Below are positions 54,882 to 62,895 of a stretch of 64,000 nucleotides of DNA, in pieces. Within the stretch, counting starts at the first letter, position 1. The number at the start of each line of letters is the position of its first letter. The DNA is from a virus (lineage: Duplodnaviria; Caudoviricetes): the IMG/VR virus record IMGVR_UViG_3300022893_000001, positions 8,925-72,924 of that record; one strand, written 5' to 3'. The position numbers and the translations under genes are program-made. The notes below the pieces were generated by a model. It ran no database searches. It was not told the DNA's origin and was given only the letters and a program-made list of their open reading frames with translations.

Positions 54882-55715
54882 TCACGCGCACTGGGCCCAT
54901 ACAATCGGCCCAGGCTTAACCGGCGTCCCCGCCTCTATCGCCCGCTCGATATTGACCAACTGCAAATCTTTCTTGAACGCATGGCCGATAGACTTCTCAA
55001 CCCGGACATACTCGGAGAGCAGAGCCCGGTTGTGCTCGCCGGCAATCTGCAACGCTTCCGGCGGAGCAAAGATACAGAACACACAAGAGAGCCGGGGCAT
55101 TCCCAACTGGTACGCGAAGTGCGACCGTGTCCCCGCCGCGCGGTTGCGCGCCCATACCTGCGCCTCTGTCCAGTCTTTAATCGGGAGCCACTTGTCTATG
55201 GTCCGTTTCCCGTTCGATGCCTCTTTGTCAAAAGCAAACTGGGGCATCGCTTTGCGCTTGTCCGACTCCTCAGACCTCAACCCCAGGCAGTTCAGAATGC
55301 GCACCGGACGTTTGCACTCCGCCTTCGACTCACCAGCCGCCGCGCGTGCCGCTCGCACCTCCCGGACCAACTTAGTAAACAGAGTGTAAATCTGTCCCCG
55401 CTTGTGGTCACTCGTGCAGAATCGCGTTGACGGGCCCGGCCACATTCCCCGCTCCTCTACATGGTTGAGTAAGTCGCCCTGGGGACGGCGCACAACCTCA
55501 AACCGCACTCCGTAGTGCGCTACTTGCTCCGCCGCCAGTTCCTTAGTGCCGGCCCATTCAACCCGGCCCAAATCGGCGTGCACCGCAACTAACTTAGAAG
55601 TCACGCCCGCCGCCTCAACGCCAGTGAACACAAAGTCCAGCATGGCTTGGCTATCCTTGCCCGCTGACGTGTTCACTAACACGACGTCGTATGATTTGAA
55701 GTCGGGCGCGATCAT
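54882..55715 (-). CDS. PAPS-reductase-family (AANH fold) protein
   Basis: SAGKDS PP-loop; RFCTSDHKRG; GLRSEES..R; WLPIKDW..VW; G..RLSCVFCI. Confidence 0.85.
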   Translation of the reverse strand: MIAPDFKSYDVVLVNTSAGKDSQAMLDFVFTGVEAAGVTSKLVAVHADLGRVEWAGTKELAAEQVAHYGVRFEVVRRPQGDLLNHVEERGMWPGPSTRFCTSDHKRGQIYTLFTKLVREVRAARAAAGESKAECKRPVRILNCLGLRSEESDKRKAMPQFAFDKEASNGKRTIDKWLPIKDWTEAQVWARNRAAGTRSHFAYQLGMPRLSCVFCIFAPPEALQIAGEHNRALLSEYVRVEKSIGHAFKKDLQLVNIERAIEAGTPVKPGPIVWAQCA

Positions 55716-55921
55716 GCGCCCACCTCCTCATTGCCATACAACGCGATGGTTGCCTGTTTATCGAGGTAATCAATCGCTCGCGATAACAGCCGCTGTGCCG
55801 GCGTCGTCACATAGTACGCTTCCCGGATCACCTTCACTCGTGCCGTGTCGAGCACCTTGATTGCTTCGATCAACTCTGTGTACCGTTCCATTTTTTTCTG
55901 TGGGCTCCTTTTCTTTCCCAT
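55712..55921 (-). CDS. Hypothetical basic protein
   Basis: ATGA overlap with PAPS-reductase gene; first gene of leftward array. Confidence 0.55.
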   Translation of the reverse strand: MGKKRSPQKKMERYTELIEAIKVLDTARVKVIREAYYVTTPAQRLLSRAIDYLDKQATIALYGNEEVGA

Positions 55922-55977
55922 CCGCCAACGTTGGTCGGAAGTAGTGAAGATGGCTAGTAGGGCCCTATGGTTACAGG

Positions 55978-56011
55978 TATTTTCAAAATAAGTTTGAAGT
56001 ATTTTCAAACT
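55978..56011. promoter_or_regulatory. AT-rich operator-like inverted repeat AGTTTGAA-gtatt-TTCAAACT in divergent spacer
   Basis: 8-bp perfect arms 55991-56011; GTATTTTCAAA repeated at 55978 and 55999. Confidence 0.55.
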
Positions 56012-56129
56012 GAGCGTAAGCCCTTCTGTTTTCATGTATATATGGAGCTTGTAAAATCTGCAAAAAATCTTCTCTATATGTACCCGCCGGGCTCCGCCGG
56101 GCTCCCCGGTTCGGCACAATCGGCTCTAT

Positions 56130-56960
56130 ATGGGAACCTCCGCCACCGGGCCCGCCGGGCTCCCCCTCCGGGACACCGGGCGCAAGTGCACCGTGTGCTC
56201 TCATCCTGACCGGGAACGCATCGATGCCGCCATCGTTGCCGGCGTCGATTCATTCAACGCCCTAGCAAGTCGATTCGAGTTGGACGACTCCGCGATTCAA
56301 CGCCATAGCGTCACTCACCTTCCCGTGCGACTCGTTCGAAATGCCGAAGCCCTCCAGGCTCAGTCAGATAAAGAGTTCGTGAAACTTGCGGTGACGCTCG
56401 CAAGCAACCGGCTCGCTCGCCTCCAGGCGCGACGCGATCAACTGGAGGAAATCCGCCAGGCGCGAGCATCCGCCGCCGAAGCCGGCGTGCCTGGGGACCA
56501 TACCGGGCTCATAGTCAAGCGACGGCGCGCCGTGCGCATTGACAAGTCAACCTGGGCGCAGGTAACCGACAGCGAGATTGACACCGGGCTATTGGCTGAG
56601 GAGCGTGCTATCGAGCTTGCCGTTGCGCGTGAGACTGGGGAATGGCTTGCTCAGACTGGGCGGGGCTCGTTCGGGGCCGGCGGGGCCGGCGGGGTCGGTC
56701 CGTTGGTGGTTGTGCTTGCATCCGGCTTGCATCCGTTGCCCGGCTCGGCTCCACAGGAAGCCCGCCACCGAATCCAGGACGCTCGCCGGGCCCGGCAGAT
56801 GACCGCCGCCGAGGCTGAGGGCGTAGACCAAGTCCCACTGTCGATGATCGACATCGAGGTAGGCGAGGATACCCGACAAGAGGCAATGTCAGGTGTAGAC
56901 GTAGACGTGCCTGGTCCTGGGGTAGCTGTAGACGAGGACGAGGACGACGCCCTGTCCTGA
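56130..56960 (+). CDS. HTH protein with Cys/His cluster, terminase small subunit-like
   Basis: CTVCSHP.R..ID..I..G......LA.RF......IQRH...H; coiled middle; acidic disordered tail; no TerL follows. Confidence 0.45.
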   Translation: MGTSATGPAGLPLRDTGRKCTVCSHPDRERIDAAIVAGVDSFNALASRFELDDSAIQRHSVTHLPVRLVRNAEALQAQSDKEFVKLAVTLASNRLARLQARRDQLEEIRQARASAAEAGVPGDHTGLIVKRRRAVRIDKSTWAQVTDSEIDTGLLAEERAIELAVARETGEWLAQTGRGSFGAGGAGGVGPLVVVLASGLHPLPGSAPQEARHRIQDARRARQMTAAEAEGVDQVPLSMIDIEVGEDTRQEAMSGVDVDVPGPGVAVDEDEDDALS

Positions 56961-57739
56961 CGACAGCCCGCGCGCGAGACGACGCCCCCCCCATGCCCCG
57001 CGCGAAGCGGGGCCCCGCGCCCGCGCCCGTGAAGGGTGTATTCGCTGACAAGTGAAGTACGCAGGGGAGTCTGTGGGGAGGAGATCTGGACCTTTCCCGA
57101 AATGTCAGGGTGAGGTTGACGAGGTTGACGGGGATGCCGCAATAACCGCAATAACTGGGGTTTCTGCGGTTTTGACGGATCGAGGCTAGTAGTTCTAGTT
57201 ACGGCCCCCAGGTGTTTTTGGGTGGGGCCCCCTTTTTTAGGGTGGTGGGTCGCATTTTGGAGGGAATTTTGGGAAGTTTGGCCCCCTCTCATCCCCCGCA
57301 CGGGACTACGTTCCTATGGTTTCGCGGCGGGCCAAGTTGGGAGCCGGGAAATCCGGCTCGAAGCTACAGTTTCGGATCGCTCTTAACTTCGTTGCGATCT
57401 TGGGGAAGGGAGTGTTGAGACTGTCCCCGTGCTGTAGCGGCCCGAATCCAGGAGGCCAGCGGGTCATTCACCCACGCTTTCGGTATTGCAGAGCCTCCGG
57501 ATCCGACGATTGGAGCCGTCCCCGTGATTGTGTTCTGTTCCGCCAGCGGCCGCGGGGAGCCGGATGGTGGGACCGTATACAGCGCGGAGCTCGATCCAGG
57601 AAACGCAGAACTGGTGTGGCGGGCCTGGTTTTGGACTTCCGTCGCGGTCCTTCGGGATGTGTTCCCTATGAACATGAACGGACCTATGATGCACCCAAGA
57701 ATCGACGACGTCAACCGAGTGGACGCGGAGGGATTTTGA

Positions 57740-57916
57740 TTTGCACTACGTATGGTGTAGTGCAAAACGGGGGAGTTGTGATATGCTCCGGGTGTCCGGT
57801 CTGTGAACAATTTGAACGCACGGGTGCCCCAGGAGCAATTCTGGGGCATTCGTGTCTTTGTAGTGCAGTTCCCTTGAACCTACCCCCGGCTTTGCACTAC
57901 ACTTCGGTAGTGCAAA
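57740..57916. promoter_or_regulatory. Two inverted repeats TTTGCACTAC-N6/7-GTAGTGCAAA plus a half-site
   Basis: 57740-57766 and 57891-57916; half-site GTAGTGCAG at 57860. Confidence 0.7.
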
Positions 57917-58116
57917 ACCCCAAGCTCGCGAGGCCGAATGTGTTGTATTTGCGGATCGCGAAAACGGAGCAGGAGGCGTTTGCCTCGATGGCGCGGGTGT
58001 ATGGCATACAAATTTCTGTGTGGGCGCGGTATCAGTTGCGATTGGCGGCGGCGATGGAACTGAACCGGGCGGGACTGCCCGTGCCGTTTCTGGACAACGG
58101 GGAGGTGAAGGGATGA
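57910..58116 (+). CDS. Ribbon-helix-helix (CopG/Arc-like) regulator
   Basis: VLYLRI-x2-EQEAFASMARVYG-x-ISVWARYQLR; GTG start inside inverted repeat (start uncertain). Confidence 0.55.
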   Translation: MQNPKLARPNVLYLRIAKTEQEAFASMARVYGIQISVWARYQLRLAAAMELNRAGLPVPFLDNGEVKG

Positions 58117-58340
58117 AGCAATGCAGGATCTGCGGGACTGATCTGGAGAAGGATCTGTTCTCGTACGTGGCGCAAAAGCCTACGTGTTGTATCTGTACGG
58201 CGAGTTTCGTGGGCGGGGATTTCTCCGAGGCGCGGATCGAGGGAGTGCGGAAGGTGCTCAACCTGGGGCCGGGGGAGTATTTGTCGGAGCGGGACACCCA
58301 GTTGCTGGCGGTAGGGCTTTTGGGGAGGCTGCATCGATGA
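58113..58340 (+). CDS. Zinc-binding hypothetical protein
   Basis: CRIC...CCIC; ATGA overlaps. Confidence 0.6.
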   Translation: MKQCRICGTDLEKDLFSYVAQKPTCCICTASFVGGDFSEARIEGVRKVLNLGPGEYLSERDTQLLAVGLLGRLHR

Positions 58341-58564
58341 AGGACAGGGAGCACGCGCCGTTTTTCCAGGTGACGGACATCACGACGCGGAAGATCATCT
58401 GGGTGAAGGTGGATGCGGTGGCGGCGGTGCGGGACAACCATGTGGAGTTGGTGGGTGGGCAGACGCTGTATGTAGCCGAGGAAGAGGACGCGATCATGGA
58501 GCGGATCGAGGACCAGTTTTTGACGTACGAGGAGATCTGGGTCCGGAAGGCGGCGAAGTCATGA
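58337..58564 (+). CDS. FlbD-like small protein
   Basis: IWVKVDAVAAV..T.YV.E...I. Confidence 0.55.
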   Translation: MKDREHAPFFQVTDITTRKIIWVKVDAVAAVRDNHVELVGGQTLYVAEEEDAIMERIEDQFLTYEEIWVRKAAKS

Positions 58565-59130
58565 AGGACGCCGCGTTCGAGAAGTTCGCCGAAGGCCGGT
58601 CCTACGACGAGATCGAGGCGCAGGAAGTGGCGGATGACGCCGATGTTTTGACGCCGGTCCAGGAGGCGCTGGTCGAGATGCGGGCGCGATTGGGGATGAC
58701 GCAGCCTCAGTTGGCGTATCGGCTGGGCGTGAATCCGGTGACGGTGTGCCGTTGGGAGACGGTGCGGCCCCCGAAGGGGATTTTCCTCTACAAACTCGCC
58801 GATTTCGCGCGGGAAGTGGAAGACCAAGCGGTGGCGGCGGTGTTCGACAAGGAGATCCTCTACCAGGGGCGTGGAACATGGCGTGGAACACTGGGGCGGA
58901 ATGCGTGGAACGCCCGTGAAACAAGGAGGAGGCGCATGAGAATCGTGCAGTTCAAGCAGCATCCGGACATGGCCCCGGTGTGGTTCAACGCCGACCATGT
59001 GGCGGCGGTGGTGGCCGGGTCGAGCGGGCGACCGACAATGGTGGAGACGGTGGGCGGGGGCACGTACTCGATCTTCGAGGCGGCGGAGACGGTGATGGAC
59101 GACATTGCGAAGGCCGAGGACGAAGGATGA
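58561..59130 (+). CDS. XRE-family HTH protein fused in frame to an FlbD-like domain that has its own internal start (ATG 58936)
   Basis: MRARLGMTQPQLAYRLGVNPVTVCRWE; AGGAGGAGG SD before internal ATG. Confidence 0.7.
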   Translation: MKDAAFEKFAEGRSYDEIEAQEVADDADVLTPVQEALVEMRARLGMTQPQLAYRLGVNPVTVCRWETVRPPKGIFLYKLADFAREVEDQAVAAVFDKEILYQGRGTWRGTLGRNAWNARETRRRRMRIVQFKQHPDMAPVWFNADHVAAVVAGSSGRPTMVETVGGGTYSIFEAAETVMDDIAKAEDEG

Positions 59131-59345
59131 GACTGACCCAGTTGCATTTGACCGAGGCGGCGATGGCCGAAGCGCGCCGGCTGACCGAAAAGAAGACCAT
59201 CGAGGAGTACCGGGCGGCGGCGGAGCGGGCCCTGACGACCCATGCCGAACTGGTGGCCTTTCGCACGCGGCTGCGCAAGCTCATGGTAGAAAAAAAGCAG
59301 CGTGAGCGAGTCAACGATCCAACCGAGCGTCAACCGGGGGCCTGA
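59127..59345 (+). CDS. Helical hypothetical protein
   Basis: ATGA overlap. Confidence 0.5.
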   Translation: MRLTQLHLTEAAMAEARRLTEKKTIEEYRAAAERALTTHAELVAFRTRLRKLMVEKKQRERVNDPTERQPGA

Positions 59346-59607
59346 CGGAACACCGGCCCATCCGAAGCCGCTTAACCTGCATACCTGCGCGAAGGGGCCG
59401 TTGCTGCTGCGGTCGAAGAAACGCTCCTGCGAGCAGTGCGCCTCGGCCGCGCACCTGACCAAGATCTTTTTCGGGCCCCGGACGTGCGAAGGGAACCAGC
59501 CGCACCTCTACGACGGGCCGGTGATCACCGAAAACGCCGGCTTGTGGTCTTCAAGGACGTGCTCGCGGTGCGGAAGACTCGCTATCACGGATACCGTGTG
59601 GGAGTGA
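59302..59607 (+). CDS. Cys-rich hypothetical protein
   Basis: CEQC, CSRC. Confidence 0.5.
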   Translation: MSESTIQPSVNRGPDGTPAHPKPLNLHTCAKGPLLLRSKKRSCEQCASAAHLTKIFFGPRTCEGNQPHLYDGPVITENAGLWSSRTCSRCGRLAITDTVWE

Positions 59608-59614
59608 AAACGAC

Positions 59615-59878
59615 ATGACCATCAACGAAGCGATGACGGCGGTGATGGACCGGATGCGCGTGGACTTCCCGTGGGAAGTGATCCTCGACGCGGACGAGCC
59701 GATGGTCATCGTCAAAGTGCCGATGGAGGACCACAAGGCCATCAACGACAAGAAAACGGGCCCCATCTTGCGCCTGGCGCGCGCCATCGCTGACGAGCAC
59801 GGGTTTACGATCACCGGGGGCCGCGCGGTCCACAAAGGCAATATCCGCGGGTTCGGGCTTTTGATCGGAGTCGGCTAG
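59615..59878 (+). CDS. Hypothetical protein
   Basis: 87 aa, last of + block. Confidence 0.6.
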   Translation: MTINEAMTAVMDRMRVDFPWEVILDADEPMVIVKVPMEDHKAINDKKTGPILRLARAIADEHGFTITGGRAVHKGNIRGFGLLIGVG

Positions 59879-60162
59879 ATATCGAGCGGAGCGGGGCTCC
59901 ACTCCGCGTCGGGCGGGGCAGTGGCCTTTTCAAACTCTTGCCGGAACAACTCGCGCCGGGCGGCGAGCTCCTCTTCGCTCACGCCGCGCGTGAACAGCTT
60001 CTCGCCCTGGTGCTTCTGGGAAGCGGCGAGCTTCTGGATGATCTCCCACCGCTCCCGGCGCTGCACGAGGATGTTGTAGGCGTTCGCACTGCCGATCTCC
60101 TGGATCGCGTCGTCGCAGGCGTGCTCGAACACTTCAATGGCGAGCGTAATCTTCCCGTTCAT
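59875..60162 (-). CDS. Hypothetical protein
   Basis: ATGA-type coupling in minus block. Confidence 0.6.
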   Translation of the reverse strand: MNGKITLAIEVFEHACDDAIQEIGSANAYNILVQRRERWEIIQKLAASQKHQGEKLFTRGVSEEELAARRELFRQEFEKATAPPDAEWSPAPLDI

Positions 60163-60404
60163 GTAACCAACTTTCCGTCGTCGTAGATGGCAATCGAATC
60201 CTCGATGACGCGCGGGGTGGCGAACGAGCCGAGCATCATGGCTTCGTCGGCTTCCTGTTTGCCCTTCTCGATCCGGTAGGCGAGGTACTCGCGCGCCTCC
60301 GCTACGGTTTGAAACTTCATCAGGTGCTCGGCGTGGGGCGTGGCAAAACGCAGCAACACCTTGTTGTCCGAAGGAAACTTAAAATCCGGATCGCCCGCGA
60401 ACAT
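60159..60404 (-). CDS. Hypothetical protein
   Basis: MFAGDPDF...; overlap with neighbours. Confidence 0.55.
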   Translation of the reverse strand: MFAGDPDFKFPSDNKVLLRFATPHAEHLMKFQTVAEAREYLAYRIEKGKQEADEAMMLGSFATPRVIEDSIAIYDDGKLVT

Positions 60405-60607
60405 CAGACCTTTTCCTCGCAAAACGTGGGATCCGGGACCGGCGGTTGGTGCATGGCGGCGGGCGCGTACGAGATCTCGCGCAGAATTCTGGCTAAATCC
60501 CGCGACTGGACGACGGATAGCTTGGTCCCGGCGGGCGCGTCGAACACCAGCTTCCACTCGTCGTTCTGTTCAAGGACCGTCGTTACTTGGATGCCGTGAA
60601 TGTCCAT
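60404..60607 (-). CDS. Hypothetical protein
   Basis: AAGGAG SD. Confidence 0.55.
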   Translation of the reverse strand: MDIHGIQVTTVLEQNDEWKLVFDAPAGTKLSVVQSRDLARILREISYAPAAMHQPPVPDPTFCEEKV

Positions 60608-60617
60608 TCGTTTCTCC

Positions 60618-60838
60618 TTACGCCAGTTGCCCGGCGGTCATTTGGCCTTTGCGCGACCGGAGCTCGCGCCGCCGCGCCGTCAGGCGAGCCATCGCGCCTC
60701 CTGGCGTACGCACCGAAAATACGTGGTACGGCGACATTTGGCTCGCCCGGCCGGCAACGTGGCATCCCGAGCAGGAGAATTCCCCCGTGGGAGCCAGCGT
60801 CACTTCCAGTTTCAAACACACCGGGCACTTCAGGTTAG
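60618..60838 (-). CDS. Zinc-ribbon protein (CPVC...CSGC)
   Basis: MSTSHISNLKCPVC; ATGA overlap. Confidence 0.55.
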
Positions 60839-61029
60839 AAATGTGACTTGTACTCATCGTGCGACTCCGTCCGTTGCAGGACGTCCCACCGCTCCGTGCC
60901 GGGGTTCCATGCCATCGGCGCTTTACAGGTGATGCAGCAGTTGGGCAGGTGCAAACTGGCGAAGGCCGGCGCATGGCCGAAAATCTTGCACGCCACTTCG
61001 CGGAGCCACTTCGACTGGAACCACTTCAT
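60835..61029 (-). CDS. Small Cys/His protein
   Basis: C.IFGH..CITC. Confidence 0.55.
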   Translation of the reverse strand: MKWFQSKWLREVACKIFGHAPAFASLHLPNCCITCKAPMAWNPGTERWDVLQRTESHDEYKSHF

Positions 61030-61268
61030 TTCTTTTTTCCTTGCGAGCGGGCGAAGTCCATCGCCGCTTTCTGATGCATTTCGAGCAAGCTGAAGTCGGT
61101 CTTAGACATCGTGCCGTGACTGGGGTTGTAGATGTCCACTTCGAGGCGCGGCTTCATCACGCCGAGCGGGTCGACGCCTTGCGGAGTCGGGTCCGAATTG
61201 CGACAGCCTGGGCAGTGTTCTGACATGGGATTCCTCGTCAAAACCGGGCGCGGGTCTGATAAGGCCAT
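61026..61268 (-). CDS. Hypothetical protein
   Basis: GAGGTG SD; start 61268 or 61226. Confidence 0.5.
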   Translation of the reverse strand: MALSDPRPVLTRNPMSEHCPGCRNSDPTPQGVDPLGVMKPRLEVDIYNPSHGTMSKTDFSLLEMHQKAAMDFARSQGKKK

Positions 61269-61301
61269 CTTCGCGGGATCACCTCACCGCGCCCGGCTCT
61301 C

Positions 61302-61350
61302 TTGCTAAAGGAGGACTCCAGCGTATCATTTCCGGGGCTTTGCGCAAAGC
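61302..61350 (+). promoter_or_regulatory. Promoter TTGCTA-N16-TATCAT with downstream 14-bp palindrome GCTTTGCGCAAAGC
   Basis: -35 61302-07; -10 61324-29; palindrome 61337-61350. Confidence 0.55.
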
Positions 61351-61470
61351 AATATGTTAGAGTGAGGTTGTCGCTTCACCTCGACATCCGAGCGCCGCGG
61401 AATCTGCGCCAACAGACCCACGGCGCTCTCCCGTTTCCGAGATGCGGAAGGTGAACGGGAGAGGTGAAGA

Positions 61471-61833
61471 ATGGCAAAGGCGAAGAACAAAGAGGAGCAG
61501 CCCAGGATCGATATCGCCGTGATTCTCGAGATGGACGAGATTCACTTCCTGACGCTCCTCGGTATGCTCACCAACGGGCTGCTCAAAATTTCCGAGAGCC
61601 TGACCGACATCGTCGCGCAGTCCAAGTCGGCGTGCCACGCCACCGAGCACTTGGTCAAGATCGGCGAGACGATCATGCGTACCGGCGAGATCGCGCACGC
61701 GATGCCGCCCTGCGAGATGCTCGACACCTACACGCGCGTCGAACGCAAGGTCATGGAGCGGGTCTGCGATCTGCTCCTCTCGCAGAAGCACGATCATCAC
61801 GCCCACAAACCCGAAAGCGCCGAAGTACACTGA
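61471..61833 (+). CDS. Hypothetical helical protein
   Basis: GGAGAGGTG SD. Confidence 0.7.
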   Translation: MAKAKNKEEQPRIDIAVILEMDEIHFLTLLGMLTNGLLKISESLTDIVAQSKSACHATEHLVKIGETIMRTGEIAHAMPPCEMLDTYTRVERKVMERVCDLLLSQKHDHHAHKPESAEVH

Positions 61834-62009
61834 TGCTCGTCGACTTTGTCTCCGTCGTCGCGTTCTTCGTCATCGTCTTTGTGCTGCGCATCCAGATGAA
61901 AGAGCCGCCGGTTGCCACCTGGGCCGCGTTCGCCTTCGTCTTGTCGGTCTTCTGGTTTATCGCGCTCATCCTCCACTGGCTGTGGACGCCCGCGAAGGTG
62001 CTGCGATGA
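61833..62009 (+). CDS. 58-aa two-TM membrane protein
   Basis: TGATG coupling; two hydrophobic segments. Confidence 0.6.
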   Translation: MLVDFVSVVAFFVIVFVLRIQMKEPPVATWAAFAFVLSVFWFIALILHWLWTPAKVLR

Positions 62010-62506
62010 GTCCCAACGACCGCTATTTCCTGAAGAGCCTGGGCATCAAACCCGAGGAGATCCAGCCGGCCAAAGAGACGGGCGTCTACGAGACGTGCCC
62101 CAAGTGCGCGGGCCGGCATGTGCGGAACCTCAAGACGGGCAACATATTCTGCCTGTCCTGCCTGGCGCGCGAGTGGCGCGACTTCGAGCGCGACCAAGCC
62201 CTCCAACTGGCGAATAACCTGAAGGCCGCTGGCTTCCGGGAGCCCATCGTCCCCTACCGGGGCTGGCAGATCGCGCACCTCTCCGGTACGGGCTGGTGCT
62301 ATCGCCTGGCGGGGGACAACATCTTCGGCCACTGGATGAAAGCCAAGTCGCTCCACGATGCCGAACTGCGGATCGAACGCTACGACGCGACGCCGCCCGA
62401 GGAGCCCGATGAGCCCATCGTGCCGGCGAACAAGTGCCGCGAGTGCGGCGAGCCCTGCGGCCAGATGGAATGGTGCGGGCCCTGCGGAAAGGCGAAATTT
62501 CTATGA
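62006..62506 (+). CDS. Protein with two zinc-finger-like Cys clusters
   Basis: CPKC..CLSC; CREC..CGPC. Confidence 0.65.
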   Translation: MSPNDRYFLKSLGIKPEEIQPAKETGVYETCPKCAGRHVRNLKTGNIFCLSCLAREWRDFERDQALQLANNLKAAGFREPIVPYRGWQIAHLSGTGWCYRLAGDNIFGHWMKAKSLHDAELRIERYDATPPEEPDEPIVPANKCRECGEPCGQMEWCGPCGKAKFL

Positions 62507-62895
62507 GCACACAAGGAGCCGACCAACAGATCGCCGAATGGCGCGACCGCTACGACGCCGTGAAAATCGACCGCGACCAACTCCGGATCTTCGCCGATGA
62601 AATGAAGAGGGCCCTCAACTGGGAACACTCCGAGCGCATCCGACAAGTGGCGCTGAACACCGAGCTTCAGACGGCGATTGGCAAGGAGCGCGATCAAGTG
62701 GAGCGGCTCGGCCGCGCGCTCTTCGTCCTCAACGCACGGTTCCATTCGGTCTGCAACGGGATCGGCCCGCATGTATCGGCTCTCTACCTGGACGACCTCG
62801 CAGAAGTCAGGGCGCTTCTCGCGGATGATAGTATTTCTTCGAAGGAGCCGACATGCCCTACGACACCCCAGTCCAAGAACAATACCAATACCTGA
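62503..62895 (+). CDS. Coiled-coil hypothetical protein
   Basis: Overlap coupling; helical. Confidence 0.55.
   Translation: MSTQGADQQIAEWRDRYDAVKIDRDQLRIFADEMKRALNWEHSERIRQVALNTELQTAIGKERDQVERLGRALFVLNARFHSVCNGIGPHVSALYLDDLAEVRALLADDSISSKEPTCPTTPQSKNNTNT

Noticed and set aside
57403-57410. KOPS octamer GGGAAGGG as a target for the FtsK-gamma-like domain
   Set aside because: Single copy in a G-rich tract, expected by chance; a full scan was not possible
57316-57909. N-terminal 198 codons of the 266-aa ORF
   Set aside because: Cys/Arg/Gly-rich, non-protein-like, overlaps regulatory repeats; only the RHH-like C-terminus retained
61261-61470. tRNA gene
   Set aside because: No cloverleaf or T-loop GTTCRA; the stems fit an mRNA leader
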